DNA of 64,000 nucleotides from Veleropilina oligotropha (lineage: Eukaryota), in NCBI GenBank assembly GCA_048128005.1, contig JBEUKZ010000010.1, positions 682,001 through 746,000 of the forward strand. Direction: 5' to 3'. Shown here piece after piece: positions 13,358 to 23,422 of this stretch (positions within the stretch are counted from its first letter, which is position 1; every line of letters starts with the position of its first letter). A program made the translations under genes and the position numbers. Below the pieces are notes generated by a model. That model searched no databases. It was given only the letters and a program-made list of their open reading frames with translations, and had not been told where the DNA came from.

Positions 13358-13522
13358 AAGCAAGATAAATACGTTGTCGAGTAACGTCTTGGTAAACACG
13401 GTGCATTGAATACCTTGTAACGTTATTAAACCACTCGGCTGGTGCCTCATGGTTCAACGTTAGGCGGTATTTAATGCACCGTGTTTACTGCGACGTCACT
13501 CGACAACTTGTAATGTATTTGT
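13358..13522. repeat. Long imperfect hairpin, Crypton-like non-autonomous element end
   Basis: GTTGTCGAGT..GTAAACACGGTGCATT pairs with AATGCACCGTGTTTAC..ACTCGACAAC; apical CTCGGCTGGTGCCTC. Confidence 0.6.
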
Positions 13523-13809
13523 TTCCTTATCTAACGGCCGTGCATGTTGCTATAATTAACATGATTAAAAGAGTGAAAATAATAAGTTCATGGATTAATT
13601 ATTATGTAGTGAATACCAAATATGTTATTGAGAATATTGGCGACTGATTAAAATTTGTCAGCAACCACTTATTTGTCTTATTTGTCCTTGCAGTTTTCGT
13701 AATTGACAAGACGTTGCAATAGTCTACTGTGATATTAGCAATTTGCAAAGCAAGTGTCATGTTTTGATTGCATGAGGCGGTGTGTCCTTATAATTAATAA
13801 CATAATGGC

Positions 13810-15243
13810 CAGGGGCGGATTTAGGGGGGGGCCGACCCGGCTCCGGCCCCCCCTTTTGTCAGCGGAATGAACCTGTTGAATTTGAATTTCTGTATAAAAA
13901 TGATGCATTATGATACTTTTGATAAAACCCAATAACTATTTTGTATATAAACTTGATATTTTTAATGAGCAAATTAGTATTTACAAAAAATGACACTGAT
14001 TTTTAACAAGTCTGATAGTCTTCGAAGTATGAATCGATAATGCTTGAAGTTCCGTACCGTTGCTCGCTATTTGTCAAGTATTTAAATTTCTCGCGCTTTT
14101 TCCGACACCAGAATCGATGACCCCTTGTGACCACAAGGAAAATTTTACACTACAAAGCAATTTGCAACCTCGATTTATCACCATACACTCATACATAACA
14201 ATGATAAACATTGTATTTGCACTCTAAGAATGCTGAAAGGGGCATTCACACTGTTAATTATCAAAATTAACATATTTCATAGTCAATTTACAACCTTTTA
14301 CTCATATATAATAGCGAAAATGGTCTTAAATGTTAGTAAAAACACATCGTATTTGCATTTTCAGAATGCAGGAGAGGGAGTTTGATAGTTTCATAATTAT
14401 CATAATTTTCTTCTATTTTACTCAATACATAGTGGTGAAAATATTCATAAAAACATCGTATTTGCACTTCCAGAATGCAGGAGAGGGGTTTCACACCGTT
14501 AATTGTCGAAATTTTCCTCCGCATGAGACATTAATTCTCATAGTAGATGTCAAATTGCAGCCTTTTTCATATTCATATTAGTGGAAATGTCCATAAATGT
14601 TGGTAAACAACATTGTATTTGCACTCTCACTATGCAGGAGAGAGGGTTTCATGCCGTTAATTATCAAATTTTTCTTCAATTTGCAACATATTTCTTATAC
14701 ATAGTGGCGAAAATGTTCGTAACAAAGCGTCGTATTTACACTGTCATACTGCAGGAGATGAGATTTGCATCATTAATCGTAGAAATTGTTCTCCGTGTGA
14801 CACATGTTTCATAGTAGGTGTCAGCTTCAACCTTTTACTCTTACATACATGGCAAAATATATGTTTCTTAATGTAGGTAAAACGTATTTGCATTCATTTT
14901 TGTGTGGAATTAACGATATAAATTTATAATTTATTATATAATTCAAATTTTAGAATAAAGCGCCATAAAAACACGGGAATTTATGCCAGATTCGACGCAT
15001 ACTTTAATTACATCAATGAAGAGAATGCCTGCAGCCATTCTAAGATTATTGGCTTTTATCGTAATTTTAGCTCATATTTTCGGTCCATTAAATTCTAATT
15101 TTAAGATAATTGAAGTGGTCAATACAAATGCTAGAGTACAGGACAACGTATCTAAGACCTTTTATAACGAAAATTTTTCGACCCCCCCGTCCCCCCTAGC
15201 AGACTACGGCCCCCTCTTTTCAGAAATCCTGTATCCGCCCCTG
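13810..15243. mobile_element. Non-autonomous DNA transposon with 5-bp TSD (possibly hAT5-type) and an internal ~120-bp tandem array
   Basis: TIR CAGGGGCGGAT / ATCCGCCCCTG; TSD ATGGC at 13805-13809 and 15244-15248; degenerate repeats (TATTTGCAC..GCAGGAGAGG) at ~14200-14900. Confidence 0.85.
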
Positions 15244-15482
15244 ATGGCTAAAAGTGTGACAACATTGCGTTCCAAACCTAACGTTCCTGTCCTAGCTCTG
15301 TGGACTAGTGGGGTGGTTCAACAGTCGACACAATTATGCAAACTGTAATTAAATTAAATATCTTCTCGTGTATGAATTCCGTATATATAGATCAGAGAAT
15401 TATCTTATACATTAGTGTCCATCTTTAAATCAATATACAGCAGATAATGTATGCACAATGGAGATTGCTGTTCCTGTAATTT

Positions 15483-15917
15483 TTATGCCCCCACAAACAA
15501 AGTTTAGGGGGGGCATATAGGAGTCGGCTTGTCTGTCGGTCGGTTGGTCAGTGTTGCATGCGTTGTAACCCAAAGGTGTGTTGCGTTCCAAAATTAGGTC
15601 ACTGCGACCTACTTTTCACGCTTGACCGCATTTGATCCGAAATTCCCTTCCGCTCCATATCTCCCATACTATTTGACTGAAGGACATAAAACTTGATGTG
15701 TGTATGCATCATAATGCAAAGGTGTGTCGTGTACCGAAAGTAGGTCACTGCAGCCTACTTTTCGGACTTTACCGCATTCAGTCTAAAATTCCCTTCCACT
15801 CCATATCTCCCATAATATTTGACCAAGGGACATGAAACTTCATGTGTGTATGCAACAGCCTGTTCCTTGGTCAAACGCTTTTGTGGGGGCATATGATCAC
15901 TCCTGTGATAGCTCTAG
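15483..15917 (+). mobile_element. Helentron-associated non-autonomous element (HINE/DINE-like)
   Basis: subTIR TATGCCCCCACA / TGTGGGGGCATA, 5' inverted copy GGGGGCATA, GTCG/GTCT microsatellite, two ~120-bp core repeats, 3' hairpin ATCAC-TCCT-GTGAT, CTAGTT end. Confidence 0.8.
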
Positions 15918-17112
15918 TTATGCCCCGGGACGATAGTCCCGAAGGGCATATTGCTTTCACTGCGTGTGTGTGTATGTGCGTCTGTGTGTGTCCGGACTTG
16001 GTTAAAGTTTTTCATTGAGTGTATATGGGTTGTGGAATGCACTTTTTTGCATGCATATGCAATGGCAATGGTTATATGGATGCCTGCTGATACTCTGACA
16101 TGGATATTGAATGCAATTTCATATAATTAATGCCTGAAATTGGTGTTCTTGGACATAGAAATTATGAAAAACTTTTGGTTAAAGTTTTTCCTTGGACATA
16201 TACGGGTTGCTCAAGGCTCTTATTTGCTTAAATATGCATTGATAATGGTTATGTGGATGTCAACTGATACTGTGGCACTGATATTGAATGGAATTTAATA
16301 TAAATAATGCCGAAATTGGTGTTTTTGGACATAGACATTTTGGTTCAAGTTTTCGGTTAAAGTTTTTCATTGGGCTTATATGGTTGCTTAAGGCTCTTCT
16401 TTGCATACATGTGCATTGGTAGTGGTTATATGGATGCCTGCTGAATGTAATTTAATATAATTAATGCCTGAAATTAGTGTTCTTGGACATATAAATTTTG
16501 GGTAAAGTTTTGGTTAAAGTTTTTTATTGGGCGCATATGGGTTGCTCAATGCTCTTATTTTCTTAAATATGCATTGATAATTGTTATATGGATGTCACCT
16601 GATACTCTAACACTGATATTGAATGGAATTTAAAATAAATAAAGCCTGAAATTGGTTAAACTTTGGTTAAAGTTTTAGGTTAAAGTTTTTCATTGGTCGC
16701 ATATGTGTTGCTTAAGGCTCTTCTTTGCATACATGTGCATTGGTAATGCACATATGGATGCCTGCTGATACTCTGGCACTGATGTTGAATGGAATTTAAT
16801 ATAATTACGTACGTGCGCATCAATTCACTCACAGGTTTGTCCAATGATTGGAGTTCCTGTGTGCACCAACATCCTTCGTGATATGACATTGTACAACATT
16901 TAGGATAGATAAAATCATGTGGTACACGTATAGAGATGTTAAACAGGGGGCCTGAGTATAATATGACTGAACAATGGTTGGAGTGGTTGTTAACAATTAC
17001 CTTGTTTAAAGAGTTAAATACGTGTTTGATAGTCATAAAGCTATTGGCAAAGTGCGGCATCTGGTGTCTTCATCCCGGGGCATATCCATGTTCCGGGGAA
17101 CATATTTCTAGT
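15918..17112 (+). mobile_element. Helentron-associated element with ~165-bp internal tandem repeats
   Basis: subTIR TATGCCCCGGGA / TCCCGGGGCATA, (TG)n microsatellite, repeats containing GGTTAAAGTTTTTCATTG, 3' hairpin ATGTTCC..GGAACAT, CTAGTT end. Confidence 0.8.
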
Positions 17113-17178
17113 TTTAATTAAAATAACTTTAGGTGTAATATATACCAATAGTAAGGCCTATACCATTGTTAAATTAAA

Positions 17179-17396
17179 ATATGTAGTTACAAACATACTT
17201 ACGTCCTTACTCTTGCCATAATAGTCATATTATCGCTAACCGGAAACAGTGAATAAAGTCACATTTATGCACTAATTAAGTCAAAACATACCACGATCAC
17301 CTCCCCTGCTTCCCCTCTCTAAGTTCCTCCAGCGAGATCTCGCCAAGTCTCGCGAGACATCCGGGCTATCAAGTCACCAGACATCAATTCAAAGTT
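17179..17396. repeat. Left ITR of DIRS copy C
   Basis: Reverse complement of 24363-24568; contains the palindrome TCTCGCGAGA at 17348-17357. Confidence 0.95.
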
Positions 17397-18153
17397 TTCC
17401 GCGAAAACGGAAAGACGTGTTTTTTGCTCCGCAAAATCTTTCGAATTTGTCTTCGATTTTTACGTTAAGATCGAGGGCGCTTAACAACAACTTTATATAA
17501 GTTGTGGAATATAAACCCTGTGTTGTGGATATAACAAAACACATGTGAATAGTGTTGATCATAGATGATTTGAGATACGAAGTTCTGAAAAATCACCTGA
17601 AACCGACATCGCCGCTGTTGCAGGGAAAAGCATGGCCGCCTAGAGGGGAAAATTCGTAATTAGAAGAAATTTCTGGTCGGTATTCTTATCTGATATTGTT
17701 TGAGACTGCAAACAGGTAACTCATTATATTGGATAATTCCTTAACGACGCTATTGCTGGTTATTATTGTATAAAAATTCTAGCGTCGTTAATAGGCAGGA
17801 TCGTTTTGATATCACGCTTGCGTTTTTCTGATATCCTGCCGTTTCTGGGATAATACGCCATTGTACTAACATAAAAACATCCACGAGGTTTTCAGGTGTT
17901 TTTCTGGGCGGTTTGTTCTAAGAGCGAACCCCCGTTTGTTTTAGTCCATTTGCCGGGTTTTTTACCGGGTCGTGTCGGGTAATTACCCGACCTCGGTGTT
18001 CCCAGTTCGGGTTTTTTTGCGGTATATCGTCTGATCTTTGATCTTCAGATCAGGGCAATTTAAAAGAGTTGTCGTAGTAACAAGTCACACTACCTTATAT
18101 ATACCTATTTATCTACCCCATACACCCACTACCACCCTCCCGTGTATTCAGCT

Positions 18154-20433
18154 ATGGTCCGGTGCAGTAGCTCCGGGTGTAGCCAGAAAATTCACGGCTT
18201 TGATAAGCACACGGAATGCCGTATTCACCGTACTTGTAGTTTACAACTTCAATGTGATCTGTGCCTTCTTTTATCAGATAAGCAGTGGGCGGTTCTATCC
18301 CACCAGGGTAAGTCGACCAGGGCGACTGCCATGGTGGGTCCTCCCCCGGAGAAGGGTCAGGAAGAGGCGAGTAAGTTAACGAGTTCCCTTAGGGGTTCCG
18401 TAAGGGATAACGTTTCTTCTTTCTCTGATTCAGGGACGCTAATGGACGCCAGCAGACCTAAGGGGCCAGCTGTCGCCGGAACGGCACCCGGCGAAACCTC
18501 CGCGACTCTTGGGGGAGTCACCGAAACCCTGCCGGGACCCCAGATTCAGGTAACGGCCCGAGTGCCGACCGTTCCTCCTCAAACGGGCCAAGTAACTGCA
18601 GCCAACCATACCTTGCCGGCTAGCAAGGTATATCTGGCAGCGCAGCGAACCGCTGAACAGGGCAGACAATCCCCTACCTTTTCTTCGGCCTCGAAGAATA
18701 AGGGGACAGTTAGTCCTTCTGCGGGAAACTCCCTATTTGACGATAGGGAGCGACCCAATGAGAAAGCCTTTAAAGAGGCCGGGCACCTACTTGTAGGTCT
18801 AAGACTCGGACAATCGGCGACACCTGGATCCTCGATCGAGACCGACGCGACTTCCCCTAAGGGTTTTCCGCTCAACCTCGAAGCTCACGAGACATTCAGA
18901 GGGCCCGTTCTTTCCCGTGCACCCACGATGGTCACGCTAGAGAACGTGGACAGACCGGCTGCGTTCGGTGCGGGGTTCTACGGCGGTTTTCCGACCGTGC
19001 CTCCACCGAGCAGAGGGGTAGACCGATACGGGCTGTTGCCGCAGCCCTTTCGGTCGTCCGGCCCACTGACTGTGCCTTCGGGCCAGCCCTTAGGGTTCGA
19101 CCTCTCGACACGTGCCCTAGGACCCTGGTCCTCGGCCCCACCTGTCTATGCAGCCCGTCTACCTAGCGCCACGGTTTCCTCGACTGAACTACCGGCTGTT
19201 AGTTCAACGCCCGTCCTGCCTCAGGGTTTCTCTTTGGAGAACGTCCAGGCATGGATCGCGGCGGGGATCGAGGAACAGTGTAAGGCCTGGCCGACGGCTC
19301 CCCAGCCGCGCCTGGTACCTACACATCTGCCCTTGGCGCAGAGCACGGCTCCTGCCTCCGTGATGGAGATCGACCCTCGTTCCGACGAGGACCTCGATTC
19401 CCTTCACTCCGACCTCCCTGAATCGGTCGGGCCCGAAGACGTTAGTCTCTCAGGCACGCAGGAGCCGACCTCCTCCACCCGCCGAAGGCTCGACGCCGTT
19501 GCGTCACTTCGCGGGGTGCTTGGCTTGTCGGAACTGACTCGGTCGGCTGTAGACGTAGTCAAGCACAGGACGGCAGCACAGCGGTTTGTTGCGAGGGAAG
19601 CCCCCGAGCTCCCCTCCTTACCTCAGTCTGGGTTGGTTGATCTTGTCGTCGACTCGATCACCAAGCTCATTCAGGGGCGCAATCCGGTGGAGTCCTCCCC
19701 GCTGAACGAGTTCCCTTCGGGGTTCCGTAGTGGGAGGTACCTCCGGGCCAGTTCGCGAGCGATCCCGTTCGTCTGTACTGGTCCGTGCCTAGCGACTGAC
19801 CCGGCTCGTGTAGACGCTTCGTTGCGTCGACTGACCGCCAGTCACACTCCCTCCGTGGCGAAAGTTCCTTGGTCCGCCTTGGAAGCTTTCGAGAGCGCCG
19901 CCCGACGGGCTCTGCGGCTGTCGTCCGTGCAGGATTTTTTCCTGGACGGCGCGATAGCCGTACTACAGGAGGATGGACCCGGCGCCCACGAGGCTGCCCT
20001 GTCCTTCCTCCAGGAGGTTGCTGCCGCGCAGGAGACCAGCGCGTTGGAGACGGGACGTGTCCTGGGCAATGCGCTCCTACTTCGTAGGGACGCTTGCCTG
20101 GAAGGCACCTCGCTAGACGAGGCCACCCGGCGCTCGTTGCGATGCGTGCCTTGCTCGGCCACCACTCTCTTTGGCGACAACTTTTCGGAGTTCGTCGACA
20201 AGAGAGCGGCGGATATGAAGGACCGTGCCATCGAGAAGGCAGTACTGCACCCCACCCGGGGTCCACCTGCCGACTCGAAGAAGCGCTCAGGGCCCACCCC
20301 GGCCCCGAAGCCTTCTAAGCGTGCGAAGCCCTCTTCGGGTGGTAGGCCTCCGGCCAATAAACCCACTCCGAAGAGGCAAGCACCTCCAGCGAAATCCTGT
20401 AAGCAGAGCGGGAGAGGGAAGCCTCGGCCCTAG
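18154..20433 (+). CDS. Gag-like ORF1 of DIRS copy C (759 aa)
   Basis: Uninterrupted ORF from ATG 18154; N-terminal Cys/His zinc-finger-like motif conserved with copy B; basic C-terminus; ends CCC TAG. Confidence 0.9.
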   Translation: MVRCSSSGCSQKIHGFDKHTECRIHRTCSLQLQCDLCLLLSDKQWAVLSHQGKSTRATAMVGPPPEKGQEEASKLTSSLRGSVRDNVSSFSDSGTLMDASRPKGPAVAGTAPGETSATLGGVTETLPGPQIQVTARVPTVPPQTGQVTAANHTLPASKVYLAAQRTAEQGRQSPTFSSASKNKGTVSPSAGNSLFDDRERPNEKAFKEAGHLLVGLRLGQSATPGSSIETDATSPKGFPLNLEAHETFRGPVLSRAPTMVTLENVDRPAAFGAGFYGGFPTVPPPSRGVDRYGLLPQPFRSSGPLTVPSGQPLGFDLSTRALGPWSSAPPVYAARLPSATVSSTELPAVSSTPVLPQGFSLENVQAWIAAGIEEQCKAWPTAPQPRLVPTHLPLAQSTAPASVMEIDPRSDEDLDSLHSDLPESVGPEDVSLSGTQEPTSSTRRRLDAVASLRGVLGLSELTRSAVDVVKHRTAAQRFVAREAPELPSLPQSGLVDLVVDSITKLIQGRNPVESSPLNEFPSGFRSGRYLRASSRAIPFVCTGPCLATDPARVDASLRRLTASHTPSVAKVPWSALEAFESAARRALRLSSVQDFFLDGAIAVLQEDGPGAHEAALSFLQEVAAAQETSALETGRVLGNALLLRRDACLEGTSLDEATRRSLRCVPCSATTLFGDNFSEFVDKRAADMKDRAIEKAVLHPTRGPPADSKKRSGPTPAPKPSKRAKPSSGGRPPANKPTPKRQAPPAKSCKQSGRGKPRP

Positions 20434-22511
20434 GGTTGCCGGCACACACGACGGTCTCGGTTGCTCGCTTCCGCCGGTGGGAGCGTGCCTGTCAGCGCAC
20501 AGCCAGTCGTGGCTAGAGCTGACAGACAGCAACTGGGTCCACTTAGTCGTGAGTGCCGGATACAAGTTGGCATTCAACCGGCATCCGACCTTAACCGAGG
20601 CACCACCATCAAGACACGCTCGCCTCCTAAACGGAGAGAAACAAGCGGTCTTAGACCAGGCAGTGCGGGATTTGCTCCTAAAAAGAGCGATATATCCCGC
20701 GCCGCCCAGCACACCAGGATTTTACAGCCATTTCTTCCTGGTCCCGAAACCCGATGGCCGCTGGAGACCGATCCTCGATCTCTCATATCTCAACCGATAT
20801 CTTCGTACCGAGAAATTCCAGCAAGAAACCCTCTCGAAGATTCGAGCGGCCATCCGTCCGGGCGACTGGGCAGCGTCTATCGATCTGACCGACGCGTATC
20901 TGCATGTCCAGATGCATGTCACGGCTCATCAGTACCTTCGGTTTATACACGGGGAGACGATCTACCAATTCAGGTGCCTACCGTTCGGTCTATCGTCAGC
21001 CCCTTACGTCTTCACGAGAACAGTACAGGCCCTAGGGGCCTTCCTACACTCTCTAGGGCACAGGGTACATATGTACCTCGACGACTGGCTGATCCTCGGG
21101 GCGTCCCGGGATCTGTGCCTCCGGTCTACGAGCTTTACCCTAGCTGTCATCGACGAAGCGCCTGGGATTTCAGATCAACGAGACAAAATCCTGCTTCGTG
21201 CCCTCGACGACGTTTACGTTCCTCGGAGTCGACTTCGATACGGTCCGGTACACCGCGAAGCCGACCCAGAAGCGTATGCGGAACCTACGCGCGGTTATCC
21301 AAGACACCCTGTCATCGGACGTAACTACGGCGCGACAACTGGCCACTGTCCTAGGGCACATCGAGTCGGTAGCGACCCTGCTACCGACGGGTCGCATGGA
21401 CAAACGACCGTTGCAGCAGGCGTTCAGGGATCGCTGGATACAACGGACGGGGCAGTGGACGGATCGCATCGATCTACGGCATTGGTTTACCAGCACAACA
21501 GCAGTGTGGTTGAACCCTGCTTTGCCGGACCAGTCGGTTCCTATCTCCCCGCCAGAGCCGAACGCTTACCTGTTCACAGACGCTTCGAACGACGGCTGGG
21601 GTGGTCACCTCGACAGTTACGAGACATCAGGCCTATGGCCGACGGACCTTCAGGGACGACACATCAACTTTCTAGAGTTAGAAGCCGTCTACCTGTCAGT
21701 ACGGTCCCTCTCGTCACATCTCCGCAACAAGCACATAATGCTCGCCACGGACAACACGACTGTCGTCGCTTACATCCAGCACCAGGGCGGCACTCGCTCG
21801 CGTCCCCTTTGCGACCGAGCAATAGACCTACACCGCCTAGTGATGTCCCTCAACTCGACGATTCGAGCCCGACACATCCCGGGAAAGCTGAATGTCAGAG
21901 CGGATTCGCTCTCTCGGAAATCACAGATAATACACACAGAGTGGACGCTACACAGCCGAGTAGCTCGGGATGTTTGCCGCCGGTGGTCGCAACCCCAAGT
22001 CGATCTGTTTGCAACAGAATTCAATTACCGACTACCTCTGTATGTCTCCCTGTACCCGGACCCGGCCGCCCTAGCGGTCGACGCACTGTCAATGACATGG
22101 GAGAATCTGTCCGCGTATGCCTTCCCCCCGTCGTGCATTCTATCACTGGTATTACAGAAGGCATCGAACGAACGTTGCGAGATAACGCTAATAGCGCCCC
22201 TGTATCGCACGCAACCTTGGTTTCCGATCCTCCTCGATCTGATCGTCGATCGACCGTTAGCGCTACCGCAGAAACTGGACCTGTTAATGCAGCCGCGCAC
22301 CCGTGTACTCCACGAATCGCCGAACGACTTACGTTTACACGCCTGGCGGTTATCGAACGATCCCTTGCTAAGAAAGGATTTTCTCACGCAACAGCCCTAC
22401 GCATCTATCGATCGAGAAGGCTTTCCACGACAAAAGTTTATGACTACCGATGGGTTAAGTACGTGGATTGGTGTCACAGCAGGCAGGTCAATATACTCCG
22501 TCCCCCTGTGA
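20219..22511 (+). pseudogene. Pol (RT-RNaseH-Dam-like MT) of copy C, broken by a 4-nt insertion at ~21141-21144
   Basis: RT motifs in ORF 20225..; RNaseH/MT in ORF 21198..22511. C reads TTTACCC-TAGC-TGTCATCG where A and B read TTACCCTGTCATCG. Confidence 0.92.
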
Positions 22512-23422
22512 ACAAGTTTATCGAGTTTTTATCGTCGCTCTTCGACCACGGTATGTCAGTGTCCGCCGTCAAAGGCTATCGGGCAACGATCGCGACCACG
22601 TTAAAACAGTGTCGTGCCCATGCTGGCCTCTCTAACGACCGTACGATTTCAGATTTTATTCGATCCTACGAACTCGAGATGCCGACCCGAACCATTCGGC
22701 CACCTGCCTGGAATATTGTTCTAATTCTTAACGCTCTACACTTACCCCCGTACGAGCCGATGTCCACGGTGTCTATGAGGAACTTAACGCACAAAACAGT
22801 TTTTCTGATCGCCTTAGCGTCGGGCAGGCGTTGTTCCGAGATTCATAGCTTATCCGCCGAGCTCCGTGATATTAGATTCCAGTCAGACGGGTCGGTGATG
22901 CTGCGTCCTGTTCTGGGCTTCCTCGCCAAGAACCAACGGCCGAACGAGGACGCACCTGATATTATTATTCCCAAGCTTACGCTGGTCGGAAGGCATGATG
23001 AAGACCGGTTAAATTGCCCCGTACGGGCCCTGCGCTTCTACCTCGACAGAACCCGTGATCTACGGCAAGGAAAATTGCGTTTATTCATTTCGTATTTACC
23101 TTCCTTCACCCACGACATTACAACGACTACTGTTTCGCGGTGGATTTCACAGGTGGTGAGAGATGTGTACTCTCGCTGTGAAGAAGTAGACCGCACTATT
23201 TTATCCGTGCGCGCGCACGAGGTCCGTGCAATCGCTGCGTCCATTGCCTTCCGACATAATTTAAATATTACAGCGTTGCTTCAAGCGGGTTACTGGAAAA
23301 CAGCTAATGTCTTCGTTAAGTATTATCTGCGGGACTATTCAACCGGGGCTGACGGGTTGAGCACCCTACAGTGTGTGGCTGCTCAACGTTGTATTGTTAG
23401 ACCGAGGTCGTCTAATCAGTGA
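20434..23422 (+). CDS. ORF3: long frame overlapping pol and ending in the tyrosine recombinase (domain ~22360-23422); frame shifted once by the same 4-nt insertion
   Basis: ORF 20461..21324 joins the distal part of 20225..23422 once the insertion is removed; catalytic GRRCSEI, HEVR, GYW, KYYL. Confidence 0.88.

Noticed and set aside
20225..23422. 1065-aa RT-YR fusion protein
   Set aside because: Caused by a 4-nt insertion at ~21141 that switches from the Pol frame to the YR frame; absent in A and B.
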